Shown here in pieces: positions 11,582-25,327 of a stretch of DNA of 64,000 nt. How positions within the stretch are numbered: the stretch's first letter is position 1; each line of letters begins with the position of its first letter. Source of the stretch: Octopus bimaculoides (Eukaryota); assembly GCF_001194135.2 (NCBI RefSeq), contig NC_068987.1, forward strand, positions 98,143,032-98,207,031, read 5' to 3'. The translations under genes and the position numbers were made by a program. The notes beneath the pieces are model-generated. The model had not been told where the DNA came from, did not search any database, and was given only the letters and a program-made list of their open reading frames with translations.

Positions 11582-11738
11582 ACGACATGCTTCGTTTAGT
11601 TTCCGTCTACCAAATCCACTCACAAGGCTATAGTCGGCCCGAGGCTATAGTAGAAGACATTTGCCCAAAGTGCCATGGAGTGGGTCTGAACCCGGAACCA
11701 TGTCACTGATAAGCAAACTACTTAACTCACATCTACTC
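11582..11738 (-). mobile_element. SINE family B 5' half (tRNA head + CORE-like domain)
   Basis: Aligns by eye to 62448-62601. Confidence 0.85.
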
Positions 11739-12105
11739 CTTTGGCAGTTAGAGGCTGAAAGAGAAAAGGTACGGGGATAAAGATTAAAGGAATAAGGTGA
11801 GATAGAACGAAGCTTAAGTCTGAGTGAGACATTAAAGCGAGGTGTATGGGTATGGTGTGTGCAGATGAAGTGAACTGAGACGTGCAACAGAAATAATAAG
11901 AGAGGAAGCAAAAGAGAAAGAATGAGTGATGCTAGTGCTGCAAGGTGAAAGGGAAGGGGTGGTGAAGTATTGTAAGACAGAAAAGGGAGCAGGGAGTTGT
12001 GGGGCAGTTTTGCCGGAAGAGTGATGCGAGGCTGTAGTTGTTGTTGTTGTCCGATTCTGGCTCAGCCCAGAACTAGAAATCCGATGATCGAAATTCCCAA
12101 ATGAT

Positions 12106-12187
12106 AGGCATGGCTGTGTGGTAAAAAGTTTGTTTCTTTCCGACTCACATAGTTTAGGGTTCAGGCCCACTACGTGGCATTTAGGGC
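12106..12187 (+). mobile_element. SINE family B head fragment
   Basis: GGCATGGCTGTGTGGTAA...GGGTTCAGGCCCACTACGTGGCA. Confidence 0.65.
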
Positions 12188-12235
12188 TGATAAACAACGT
12201 GATTATATTTGGTAGGCTGAAAGTGAATTGAAATC

Positions 12236-12328
12236 CACCACGCACACACGCACATACATGCGCACAAACACATGCACGCACACAGGAACGCACATATGCC
12301 TCCACATACACAACCCCACGCACACACT

Positions 12329-12364
<36 letters not shown>

Positions 12365-12381
12365 AGCACACAAGCACACAT

Positions 12382-12421
<40 letters not shown>

Positions 12422-12532
12422 NNNNNNNNNNNNNNNNNNNNNNNNNNNNNNNNNNNNNNNNNNNNNNNNNNNNNNNNNNNNNNNNNNNNNNNNNNNNNNN
12501 NNNNNNNNNNNNNNNNNNNNNNNNNNNNNNNN

Positions 12533-12572
<40 letters not shown>

Positions 12573-13425
12573 GTGCTCACTCATGAATGTAGATATACCT
12601 CACATATACCTCCCACACAAACCCCCCACACCCCCACACACACACAGCACACACATGCACGCACAAACACAATACACACATACGTGCGCACATACACACA
12701 TACGTACATACACGCGTACACATACGCTCGCGCACACACGTACAGGAATGCACACACACATAACACACGCATCCCCACGCACACATACATGCACACACCT
12801 ACATACATACAAACGTGCACACATACACGCATACAAGTACACACAGCTACACGTACATACACACTCGCACTTATACACGCGCATACACGCACAAGAACGC
12901 ATATATACGTCCACACACACAACCCCACGCATACACACATATACCCACGCACGCACACACACGCGCACACATATACACACGCACACACATACACACCCGC
13001 GCACACATATACACACGCACACACAGACACACACGCACACACATATACACACGCACCACATACACTATCCCACGCACATACACACATATACACACGCACA
13101 CACGCACACATATACACACACACAAGCACACATATACACACACAACACACGCACACATACACACGCACAACCCCCACGTATACACACATATACACATGCA
13201 CACATAGACGCAAAAATTACACATACATGGGCGTACACACACACGCACATACATGGGCATACACACAAGCACATACACGCATACGCACGCCCAGGCACGC
13301 ATACGCGCGCACACAGACACACATAGGAATGTACATATAACTCCCCACACACAGTCCCCACACACATACACACACGCACATACATACATGCACATACACA
13401 CACGTACACACATACTCACACACTC
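12236..13425. repeat. About 1.2-kb degenerate (CA)n tract
   Basis: Direct reading; source of many spurious HT/CV ORFs. Confidence 0.95.
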
Positions 13426-14733
13426 TAATACCTTTAGTATATGCCTGCAGGTTGGAGAGCAACTGTTGGGGGAAGGATTGTGCTTTTCGTGTCAGGGCAA
13501 TCCTGGATATTGTGGGTCCCTCGATTTGCCCCGCATGGAGTTCCTCCTGTATCCGGAGGACTGCTTCATTCATGTATAAGAACGCTTCTTTCATTCTTAA
13601 CATTCTTGCCACATTTACCCATTTTTTNNNNNNNNNNNNNNNNNNNNNNNNNNNNNNNNNNNNNNNNNNNNNNNNNNNNNNNNNNNNNNNNNNNNNNNNN
13701 NNNNNNNNNNNNNNNNNNNNNNNNNNNNNNNNNNNNNNNNNNNNNNNNNNNNNNNNNNNNNNNNNNNNNNNNNNNNNNNNNNNNNNNNNNNNNNNNNNNN
13801 NNNNNNNNNNNNNNNNNNNNNNNNNNNNNNNNNNNNNNNNNNNNNNNNNNNNNNNNNNNNNNNNNNNNNNNNNNNNNNNNNNNNNNNNNNNNNNNNNNNN
13901 NNNNNNNNNNNNNNNNNNNNNNNNNNNNNNNNNNNNNNNNNNNNNNNNNNNNNNNNNNNNNNNNNNNNNNNNNNNNNNNNNNNNNNNNNNNNNNNNNNNN
14001 NNNNNNNNNNNNNNNNNNNNNNNNNNNNNNNNNNNNNNNNNNNNNNNNNNNNNNNNNNNNNNNNNNNNNNNNNNNNNNNNNNNNNNTTTTTTTTCCGCGA
14101 TCCCTTTTGATCGAAATTATCCCCCCCCCCTCCAAGAAAAGCTCTACTTTGTAATTTGTCCATTTTCTGTATTTAGCCCTGTGTGGCTATATATAATAAA
14201 AAGATATCTCATCTCACCACTTTTTTTATATGTCCCTTCTCACCTTTTATGTACACCCTCACACAAGTTGTAGACTGCCCAAGTAACGTGCCCCTCATCT
14301 ATGCCCTGTGGCTGATAAAAGAAACAATAACAACAACAACAACAACTACTACTACTACAACTACTACTACTACTACTACTGCTGCTGCTACTGTTGCTGT
14401 GCCTTTGCTGGATTACTGACTTAAGTGATTTCTAGTGGAACACAGTCACCAGTAATAAATACAATCTGCACTTCCTTTTATCAAATCGGACGATATATCT
14501 TAACGACTGCGACTTGCAGAGTTCTTAGAGCACGATAAAATGCCGCACGGTATTACTTACACCAGGGGTTCGCATCCCACTGAGGACAAAGGTCAACTTT
14601 GTCTTTATTTCTCCCAGGGTCGGTGAAGTTCGTATAGCTGCAATACAGGACGGAAGTCAATATAACCGATTAACCCTTTCGTCCTAATTTCCATCTTTGT
14701 GCATGCATATATATNNNNNNNNNNNNNNNNNNN

Positions 14734-14764
<31 letters not shown>

Positions 14765-15319
14765 GTATATTTCCGCGTATAAACCGACCTTTAAATCCTA
14801 AAATTTACCTTAAAAATTTGGGGTCGTCTTATACCACCATTTTAAAAATCAAACCTTGAATTTTAAGTGATTTTATAAATAAGCTAACCTCGACCTCGCT
14901 GCTATAACCACAGACATACGTGAACAGATTAAGAAAATAAGAAAAAAATCATAACATAGGTAATAAAAACAGTCTTACTTTATATATTATTGGCATATCT
15001 TCAAAATAAATAACCTATTTGAGAGATAATTCTATATTATTGAAATCAACTTTTATCTATGCCAGCTCGGCAGAGAAACTGTAAACATCGAGTTATCGTT
15101 GCGCTCACAGTAACCTTTATCTTTCGCTAACCTTTCAAAAATTTTAATGGTAATAATAACATTGAGAATAACATATTTATATTTTTAATAAAATATCTAT
15201 TATCATTTCGTGGTAAATAACACAATTTGGATTACACACAACTCTTATTTTTCAATAAAATTATTTTACAGTAGCTGCAATTAAAACTTAAGACATTATA
15301 ATTTTTTTTTTATTTCCCA

Positions 15320-16830
15320 TCAGGATAGATAATATTAATAAAGCATCAAACCTGCCACATGCATTTATCAAAAACCCATCAAATTCTTCACGATCATTAC
15401 TATCTGCTTTTAAAAGTTTCTCATATATATTACAAGATTCATCACATATACCATCATCGTAAGGATTCCAGGCTGGTTCTGGTGAATCGATTTCGACTTC
15501 GTCGTCGCTATTGTAGAGAATACCATCCATGGCATTAGAGATACCGCATTTTTTAAATGATTTTACCACATTTTCTACTTTGTCTCATACCTTTATACCA
15601 AAATCACAGAGAACATCAACTGAAGCAACACGCATAGCTCCACCATTTGTAAAAGATTTTTCTCCATTCATCATCCACGCATTCCATTGCTCTCTCACAT
15701 TATCTTTAAATGGTTTGTTTAAATTGAAATCAAGTGGCTGCAGTATAGAAGTCAAATCATCAGGAATAATAGAAATATCAGTATTGGCTTTGGATAACTG
15801 AGTTTTAGTATTTGCCGTTACGTGGCTACGAAACATATCCCAAACCAATAAACTGCGTTCGTGTCCTATGCCACCTGGCCGCCTGTTCCAAATATTATCA
15901 ATCCGTAATTTCACACCACTCTCGTTCATCCTAAGAGAAAAATCTATTTTGGGCTTTGCTTTACGTTTAAAAATAATCATGGGTTTTTATTTTGTACAAT
16001 CAGCCATGCAGGATAATACACCATAAACGTCGTTTTCTCATATCCTGTGTTTTTAACGTGAACTGTTTTTACTCCTTTCAAATCCACCATTTTGTTACCC
16101 AGCATGTCAAAGTTTAATGGAGGTTCATCCATATTTCCAATATCAAATAATGGAAACTGATGCCTTTTCCTCAGCTGGATGATGAACTGGTTAAAACTGA
16201 TTACTTTGTGATCGAGATCTCTCGATAGTTTTTGGGCGATTTTTGTTTTTTTCCCTTATTATCAGATTTTTTATGTTCATAAAACAATTGAACCATCCTA
16301 CTATTACTTTAAAATCTTACCTTTCTTCTTTATATGATTTCGCCCATTTTAGGGCATAACATTTTATTCTACACGGTGTCCACACAAACTGGGTACATGG
16401 AGTAACTAATATCGTAACATAAACAATTAAATATAGGAAATAATAATTTCTTAAAGTATGTGTTAATCCCCACGGGCTCAGACTGTAAATAAAATCATAA
16501 AATAAACAGTTAAATATAAGAAATAATAATATCTTAAAGTATGTATTAATCCAAATGCACCCAGACTTTGAGGACACCCTGTATTTCGTGTCTCAGCTGG
16601 AGTACCCATTCTGCTACATCATTTCCCAACTTCGGCCAATGAGTGCTTCCTCTTCTCATCATATACTTTTATGTGTGCATTTGTCTCAATGTTTCTTCAT
16701 TCTTTCTCCACTCTCGTACCATCTTCTCGATAACGTCGAATGTTCTAGCACCAGTACAAATGTTCGAACTCTTGGCTACTTCTGTAACTTCCAATTTTCT
16801 TTTTGCTGGCAGTTGCATATTGGTATGGGC
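15320..16830 (-). pseudogene. pogo-type transposase pseudogene (N-terminal HTH region + DDE_1 domain)
   Basis: Reads ...FDVIEKMVREWRKNE...HWPKL...EWV...GWF...IAQKL...IGNMDEPPLNFDM...KPMIIFKRK...SLLVWDMFRSH...LTSILQPLD..LNKPFK...KSFKKCGISNAMDG, with stops and frameshifts. Confidence 0.9.
16372..16581. mobile_element. Mariner-type MITE nested in the pogo ORF
   Basis: TA|CACGGTGTCCACACAAACTGGGTACAT ... ATGCACCCAGACTTTGAGGACACCCTG|TA; internal 49-bp direct repeat; the pogo reading resumes on both sides. Confidence 0.85.
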
Positions 16831-17629
16831 ATAAAATAATTATAAATTTCACTTGACTAAACAGTTTGTGATTTTATATGAAGTATAGATAAATGGTTAT
16901 GAATACACCAGGCTGACTGTAACTGTTTAGTACGTCTCAGACATATGAACCACTACTATCGTATTGTTTTTAGCGGATGTTATGACAGCGATAAAGTTTT
17001 GATAAAGAAGAATGAATCAGGTTCCCTTTAAGGCGACGTGTGTATGAAAAACATTACATAGAAACTATTTTTTTAACTGTAGTGTATTAACAAGTAAAAA
17101 TAATATGTTTGTAAGCTTAAAATAAGTTTTTATTAAACATGTATTATTGAAAATGCATTCATAAATAAAGTACACAACTGGGAATGGTTATTATCGGTTT
17201 AGCCTAGAGACAAGTTAATTCGACTTATGTCGTTTTTCAGGCTACGTTGTGTCTATGAGAACCAATGAACGACGTAGAGGGAGGTATGGTTGTATATAGG
17301 GAGAATTCACACACACACACACACACACACNNNNNNNNNNNNNNNNNNNNNNNNNNNNNNNNNNNNNNNNNNNNNNNNNNNNNNNNNNNNNNNNNNNNNN
17401 NNNNNNNNNNNNNNNNNNNNNNNNNNNNNNNNNNNNNNNNNNNNNNNNNNNNNNNNNNNNNNNNNNNNNNNNNNNNNNNNNNNNNNNNNNNNNNNNNNNN
17501 NNNNNNNNNNNNNNNNNNNNNNNNNNNNNNNNNNNNNNNNNNNNNNNNNNNNNNNNATATATATATACATAGATATATACACAGATATATACATATATAT
17601 ATATATACATACACACACACACACACACA

Positions 17630-17698
<69 letters not shown>

Positions 17699-17739
17699 GG
17701 GGTGGGTGGGGGGTGTCTGTGTGTATACACAAGTTTGTA

Positions 17740-17955
17740 TGAATCGTGGCCTTTGCTATTGTCTTGTAAATGACACTCGTGCCGATGGCAAGTAAAAAGT
17801 ATTCATTACACGCTTCCAGTGATTGGTGTCAGGAAGGGCATCCGGTCGTACAAACTATGCCAAAGCAGACTGGAACCTAGTGCAGCTCTCCGGCTCACCA
17901 TTTCCAGTTGGAGCGCCTAACTCATGCCAGTATGGAAATGAGACGTTAAATAACA
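17740..17955 (+). mobile_element. SINE family C 3' part (Nin-domain-like centre, LINE-like tail)
   Basis: ATTGGTGTCAGGAAGGGCATCCGGTCGTA...CATGCCAGTATGGAAATGAGACGTTAAA; the matching tail lies on - at ~22985-23022. Domain name from recall. Confidence 0.65.
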
Positions 17956-18017
17956 ATGGTGATAATGACACACACACACACACACACACATACATATATA
18001 CATATGTATGTATATAC

Positions 18018-18053
<36 letters not shown>

Positions 18054-19545
18054 ATGTATATATAAATATATATATANNNNNNNNNNNNNNNNNNNNNNNN
18101 NNNNNNNNNNNNNNNNNNNNNNNNNNNNNNNNNNNNNNNNNNNNNNNNNNNNNNNNNNNNNNNNNNNNNNNNNNNNNNNNNNNNNNNNNNNNNNNNNNNN
18201 NNNNNNNNNNNNNNNNNNNNNNNNNNNNNNNNNNNNNNNNNNNNNNNNNNNNNNNNNNNNNNNNNNNNNNNNNNNNNNNNNNNNNNNNNNNNNNNNNNNN
18301 NNNNNNNNNNNNNNNNNNNNNNNNNNNNNNNNNNNNNNNNNNNNNNNNNNNNNNNNNNNNNNNNNNNNNNNNNNNNNNNNNNNNNNNNNNNNNNNNNNNN
18401 NNNNNNNNNNNNNNNNNNNNNNNNNNNNNNNNNNNNNNNNNNNNNNNNNNNNNNNNNNNNNNNNNNNNNNNNNNNNNNNNNNNNNNNNNNNNNNNNNNNN
18501 NNNNNNNNNNNNNNNNNNNNNNNNNNNNNNNNNNNNNNNNNNNNNNNNNNNNNNNNNNNNNNNNNNNNNNNNNNNNNNNNNNNNNNNNNNNNNNNNNNNN
18601 NNNNNNNNNNNNNNNNNNNNNNNNNNNNNNNNNNNNNNNNNNNNNNNNNNNNNNNNNNNNNNNNNNNNNNNNNNNNNNNNNNNNNNNNNNNNNNNNNNNN
18701 NNNNNNNNNNNNNNNNNNNNNNNNNNNNNNNNNNNNNNNNNNNNNNNNNNNNNNNNNNNNNNNNNNNNNNNNNNNNNNNNNNNNNNNNNNNNNNNNNNNN
18801 NNNNNNNNNNNNNNNNNNNNNNNNNNNNNNNNNNNNNNNACCACCACCACCACCACCACCACCACAACGACCACCACAACCATCTGGCCATCTACATCAT
18901 ATTCACTACAATCCAGCGACGATATATTTCTACTGCAAGCTTCATATCTACTCTCCGATATACTTATGATAAAGTATATCGAAACCAAGATCGAAATTCG
19001 GGTTTTAATTTTTAAACAGCTACAAATTAATACTTATTCCATGAAATAGGACGAAAATATATATAAATAACATTGATTTTTCAAGGGAGGTAACTAAAAA
19101 ATTGGACTTCGTGGTATTCTCCCTTAGCCTATTAAACCTTTAAGAAATGCCGTGACTTGAAGGATGGGGTTTGCGCACACGCACACATAGAAGGAAAATG
19201 TGTAGAAAACAAATTATAATGCTACAATGTTACAGGACATTGTGACTATTAGAGAGATATAGGTGCATCAATCCATCTATTCATCTATCTATCCATCCAT
19301 CCATCCATCCATCCATCCATCCATCCAGCTCTACATACATACATACATACATACATACATACACATGCACAGTGATAAAGGGTGTAGATATATATATATA
19401 GGTACAAGCACAGAAATGTATCCATGTATGTATGAATGTATATTTTTGAGAGGATCTGTGTATTCTTATTATAGTATTTGTGTATATGCGTGCGGGAACA
19501 TACGCCCACGCACACATATATCTATTCACACTCACATACATATAT

Positions 19546-19581
<36 letters not shown>

Positions 19582-20664
19582 TATATATATATATATATAT
19601 ATATATAAACAAATAGTAAATGAGTATATGCATATATATGTACAGTTATGTGCATACCGACATCCACCTGTATGTATAGGTGCATATCTGGGTACAGGAC
19701 ATTGCAAACAAAACGTAGACAAGAAAACACACAAGCCACATAGAGAACATTTTCCTTCATCAGCTACCCCCGTTTTAACACCGGCGTTTCGAAGAGCTGG
19801 GTAAACGAACACATGTATTCATGTGTGTGCATATGTGTATGTATATATGTATATATACATATGTATGGTATGTATGTATGTTTTATGTATGTATCTATCT
19901 ATCGATATAAAAGAAATAAAATAAAATAAGATGGAATACAATAAATGGTAATAGAGTAGGAGTAATAAGGAGATTTAATTTTCTAAAATAGGTTTATGGA
20001 TATAAAAGTTTTAAAACTTAGTAGAAATAAAAATTTATAGATATTGAAATAGATATAAATACAGATGAATAAACAAACAAATAGATAGAAAGANNNNNNN
20101 NNNNNNNNNNNNNNNNNNNNNNNNNNNNNNNNNNNNNNNNNNNNNNNNNNNNNNNNNNNNNNNNNNNNNNNNNNNNNNNNNNNNNNNNNNNNNNNNNNNN
20201 NNNNNNNNNNNNNNNNNNNNNNNNNNNNNNNNNNNNNNNNNNNNNNNNNNNNNNNNNNNNNNNNNNNNNNNNNNNNNNNNNNNNNNNNNNNNNNNNNNNN
20301 NNNNNNNNNNNNNNNNNNNNNNNNNNNNNNNNNNNNNNNNNNNNNNNNNNNNNNNNNNNNNNNNNNNNNNNNNNNNNNNNNNNNNNNNNNNNNNNNNNNN
20401 NNNNNNNNNNNNNNNNNNNNNNNNNNNNNNNNNNNNNNNNNNNNNNNNNNNNNNNNNNNNNNNNNNNNNNNNNNNNNNNNNNNNNNNNNNNNNNNNNNNN
20501 NNNNNNNNNNNNNNNNNNNNNNNNNNNNNNNNNNNNNNNNNNNNNNNNNNNNNNNNNNNNNNNNNNNNNNNNNNNNNNNNNNNNNNNNNNNNNNNNNNNN
20601 NNNNNNNNNNNNNNNNNNNNNNNNNNNNNNNNNNNNNNNNNNNNNNNNNNNNNNNNNNNNNNNN

Positions 20665-20748
20665 CTTCCTTCCCCCTCCCAAAAAGAAAAGCTCTACATT
20701 GTATTTGTCCCATCTTCGTTGAGCCCTATGTGGCTAATAAAAGAAATG
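20665..20748 (+). mobile_element. SINE 3' tail variant
   Basis: AAGAAAAGCTCTAC..TGTA.TTGTCC...AGCCCT.TGTGGCT..AATAAAAGA; sister copy at ~14120-14210. Confidence 0.6.
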
Positions 20749-20791
<43 letters not shown>

Positions 20792-21368
20792 GAATCTATT
20801 TATCTACCTAACTACTTGTACATCTACTTCTATATCCATAAACGTTTTACATATCCTTAAATTTTTCTATCTACGAACTTTTAAAACTTTTATATCCATT
20901 AAACCTTCTCATACCATTTACTCCATTACCTTTTACTCTGTTTTATCTTGGTTTATTCTATTTTATGTTATTTTGTTTAATCTTCCTCCTTTACCGTTTC
21001 AAGTCTCTCCTACTAACCGCGTTATCCACTTATGTTACTATACTCAAACCATGTTGCTTGGGATAAGCCAGCACCACACAAACATACGCACAGTTACACA
21101 TGCCTAAGTATATATACATACATACACACATATATATGTGTGTGTGCTTGTGTGATTGTGTGTGTGTGTGTGTGTGTGTGTGTATGCTTGTGTGTGTGTG
21201 TGTGTATGCGTGTGTGTATGCACTATTCACAAAGACCTAACACACACATTACTTATTAAATTATCTCTATAGATTTTCTAGAGATACTAGAGGCAGCACT
21301 AAAAATTACAACGTTTCGTATATGATTAAGTCTATGTATACATTGCGATCGAAGAAACATAGGGAATC

Positions 21369-21413
21369 AGTGTATATACATATTTCACGAGTTATTGTTC
21401 TTTCTTCAGCACC
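21369..21413 (-). ncRNA. Minimal type-I hammerhead-like motif with decayed stem II
   Basis: GGTG-CTGAAGA-AAGAACAATAACTCGT-GAA-ATAT(GT)ATAT-A-CACT. Confidence 0.45.
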
Positions 21414-21736
21414 ACATCCAACTTTTTAACCATCCGCGAACACTTTGCTTAAATAGCCACCAAATTTAGCGGAGTAACAATTGGATATACCAATTTTACG
21501 TATCAAAAAAAACATTCCTGGCAACTGGTAGCTACATGTTATATTACTTGTATGAACACTGTATTTCGTCTTGCAACCATAATATACTACCAAGTATATG
21601 AAAGGTTTATTTGTCCACACTGTGTCCTACGTGTGTTAGCAGTGCTATTCAATCATTTTTTAAAAAATTCTCTCTACAGTTTTTCTATACAAACTAAAAC
21701 CGAAAGTGAAAGTTACTAAAGCTGCTGCTGCTGCTG

Positions 21737-21797
<61 letters not shown>

Positions 21798-22488
21798 GCT
21801 ACTGCTGCTGCAGCAGCAACAGTTGCTGATACTAATGTTACTCAACCCACTAGTCCTACTGAAGGAGTGGAACAATTCTTTCCTACTGCATCTACCGCTT
21901 CTAACATTTTCACCAATACTAATACAACTGTTGCTACGGCCGCTGCTACGTCTGTTTCGACGCTTTTGGAGAAATACACCTACTACTACGACGTCGACTT
22001 TTGAGTCGGCTACAACTAAGGCTATCAATAATATGAAGGATCAAAGGCCCAATACCACTGGCAAAACTGTTAGCAGTAATACCAAAATTAATACCAACAA
22101 CCACTACTATATAGATTTAGTAAAAGAAGCATATGGACTTCAAAAGGTGTTATCACGAAACATTAATATAATTTAATTTATTTACACTCTTCATATCGTA
22201 TCATTAAATAGACTAAAACAATTGAAGCCGGTAACGTAATTTGATAAAAATGTATATAGAGATTTCCGTTATTTATGATAAAGTCGTGAAATTATTTTCT
22301 CCTTTTGTTTTCTACACATTTACTTACAGACATATATACGTATACATACATGCATACATACATACATACATATATACATACATACACACATACATACATA
22401 CATATATATTCATATAATTAATACATAAATGTTAATTACATAAATATACATATACATAGAGGCGTATTTATATCCAGCTGTATATGTG

Positions 22489-22601
<113 letters not shown>

Positions 22602-23471
22602 ATTCTATTAAACACACACAATTTTAATATACATACACCGTACGTACATGTGTGTGTGGTATGTACATTTATGCGAGCTTATATGTGCAAGTGTGAGTCC
22701 GTGCTTCTATGTGCTTGTGTGTGTGCATGTGTGCGTATTCGTGTATGTGTGGGTGTGTGTGGGTGTGGAGGGGTAATCCAAAATAATGCAGCTCCAAAAA
22801 TTTAATTATAGTTTAAGGACACTCGAGAATTCAACATTCAAAATGATTTTTCCCATTAAATGTTGAGTTTAATCTATTGGGATTGTAGAAAAATGTAATA
22901 AATTACTGTGAGATATATAAACTAAAAGAGAGTCAGTATTAATGATACATCATCATCATCATCATCATCACCCTCCTTATCCTCATCATCATTTAGCGTC
23001 CGTTGTCCATGCTGGCATGGGTTATACACACACACACGCACACACAAACATACACACACACACACACACATACACACACACACACACACATGTAGATAGA
23101 TACGTATATGTGTCTGTGTTTGTGAATATATATATGTGTATGCGTATATGAATGTGTGTTTATGTGTACGTGTATACACACATTGACATATACATCTTAG
23201 TATATACTTAAGATCATCTCTTCATATCTGTATATGTATATACGCATATACTTGTATTCATGTAAGTATATATGCACAGTCACATGCATATGTGTGTTTC
23301 TGACTGGGTGTGTTGAAATGTTAATCTCTGGCTGTGGTTTTGTGAATGCTTTATCCACACATGAATGCGTACATACACACATCCATATATACACACATAC
23401 ATACACACACACACATACATACATACATACATACATACATACATGTATATATATGATATGATGCATACTGT

Positions 23472-23535
<64 letters not shown>

Positions 23536-24211
23536 GTGTTATTGAGGAAGAAGTTTGAGAGCCTAGAGGGTGTAAGGCTTTTGTCTTATGTTTGTGCATT
23601 AGTGGTGGTTTGAGGAAATTCTGAAGAATAGAATGATATAATCGAATTATTGATAAATCGAAGAATAAAATCAACGTCTGCAACACAGAAAAAAAAAAGC
23701 GATTAATTTCAAAACCTACACGAGTGAAATTTTATGTAAAATACTTTAGTGTACTCTACCGTTGGATTCACTCGAATCTTAATGTGCTTAGATACAGTTT
23801 TTATATGCATATGATGCAAATATAAAGTAAATATCGGCAAATATAAAACAATAAAAGGTTTAAGATGTCCATCTTGAAGAACATAATATAATAATCGATT
23901 TGGTTATCCTGACGTTAATTTGGTTAAGATTCTTAATCTATTCATGAATATCAACGTCCATACATTTCGTACTTAATTTTGCTTTTGTCGATATATTTGT
24001 GTGAAGGATAACTTTATCTCTGTCACAGGTAACGTTCAAAAGTGATTTGAGACACCGTCCTTCCAGTCAGCTTGCAATAAAAGATACTTGTGTAGGATAT
24101 TTATCACTGAAGTATATCATAATATATATAGACATACACGCACAAGTAAGCACATAAATGCAAAACAAGGCAAAAAATAGTTCCCGAATACAAAGCATTC
24201 ATCACAGCTGT

Positions 24212-24241
24212 CCGACGAATCAGAACGTGAAACTCTGAGTA
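24212..24241 (+). ncRNA. Decayed hammerhead-like motif, same family as 60501-60538
   Basis: CCGACGA-ATC(AGAA)CGT-GAA-ACT(CTG)AGT-A; stem I lost. Confidence 0.35.
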
Positions 24242-24645
24242 TGAGATTTGTGATGATTTTGCAGCTTTATTAATGGTATATATANNNNNNNNNNNNNNNN
24301 NNNNNNNNNNNNNNNNNNNNNNNNNNNNNNNNNNNNNNNNNNNNNNNNNNNNNNNNNNNNNNNNNNNNNNNNNNNNNNNNNNNNNNNNNNNNNNNNNNNN
24401 NNNNNNNNNNNNNNNNNNNNNNNNNNNNNNNNNNNNNNNNNNNNNNNNNNNNNNNNNNNNNNNNNNNNNNNNNNNNNNNNNNNNNNNNNNNNNNNNNNNN
24501 NNNNNNNNNNNNNNNNNNNNNNNNNNNNNNNNNNNNNNNNNNNNNNNNNNNNNNNNNNNNNNNNNNNNNNNNNNNNNNNNNNTATATATATATATATGTT
24601 TATAGTAAATCTCCGAAAAACGAAGAACAAACATTAAAAAAAAAA

Positions 24646-24736
24646 AGTACTTGTCCAAGGTGCCACGCAGTGGGACTGAACCGGGAACCACGTGGTTGGT
24701 AGGCAAGCTACTTACCACACAGCCACTCCTGTGCCT
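24646..24736 (-). mobile_element. SINE family B head
   Basis: Reverse complement reads GGCACAGGAGTGGCTGTGTGGTAAG...GGTTCAGTCCCACTGCGTGGCACCTTGGACAAGT. Confidence 0.85.
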
Positions 24737-24801
24737 ATATAAATTTAAATGTAATAAAATGTTTTAAAAGAAATTTAAAGTGCTTACGTGATCACCGTAA
24801 A

Positions 24802-24823
24802 CCTACTTTTGGGCAACCCTGTA
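24802..24823. mobile_element. Isolated Tc1/mariner-type TIR
   Basis: CTACTTTTGGGCAACCCTG|TA. Confidence 0.4.
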
Positions 24824-25327
24824 AATATATATAGTACATATACATGTTTGTATGTTTATTACTCTTCTTCGTAATGCTGCTGGTACGATGTATTTGCCTA
24901 TACTGCGACCAAAATAAAAAAAATATGTATAACCCTTTAATTGAGAAACGACCTATCTCTCTATTCATCATCAAAAATGAAATTCATCTTCTAAGGTGCA
25001 GGTTTTTTTCAAACTATAACATTCAGGGCCCAATGTTAAGTAAGATAGCAATAATTAGCATGGCCTAATTTTGTAATTATAGAGTTAGAAAGAATACGTC
25101 CATTAATTCCCTCTCTGGACCTGTGCACATGTAATGGGATATTTTATAGAATCGTGAAGAATATGTTCTATGAAACGAGTAGGCAATCGTAAAGATTCTT
25201 CTTTTATAGTCTAGCTTCTCAGCTCCGTAGAAAACATTACCGTTAGCACAAGCAGTTAGAGAATGCTAGTTTGTTAACGATGTGATACTTGATTGGTTGA
25301 TGTTTCTAGCTTATCACGGCCACTCAC

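Larger units (their letters stand above)
14763..16830 (-). mobile_element. Decayed pogo-family (Tc1/mariner superfamily) DNA transposon; one TIR at 14763, other end not found
   Basis: TA|CCGTATATTTCCGCGTATAAACCGACC terminus followed by a transposase relic. Confidence 0.8.

Noticed and set aside
24024-24110. Plus-strand acceptor followed by VTFKSDLRHRPSSQLAIKDTCVGYLSLK
   Set aside because: No convincing donor or neighbouring exons.
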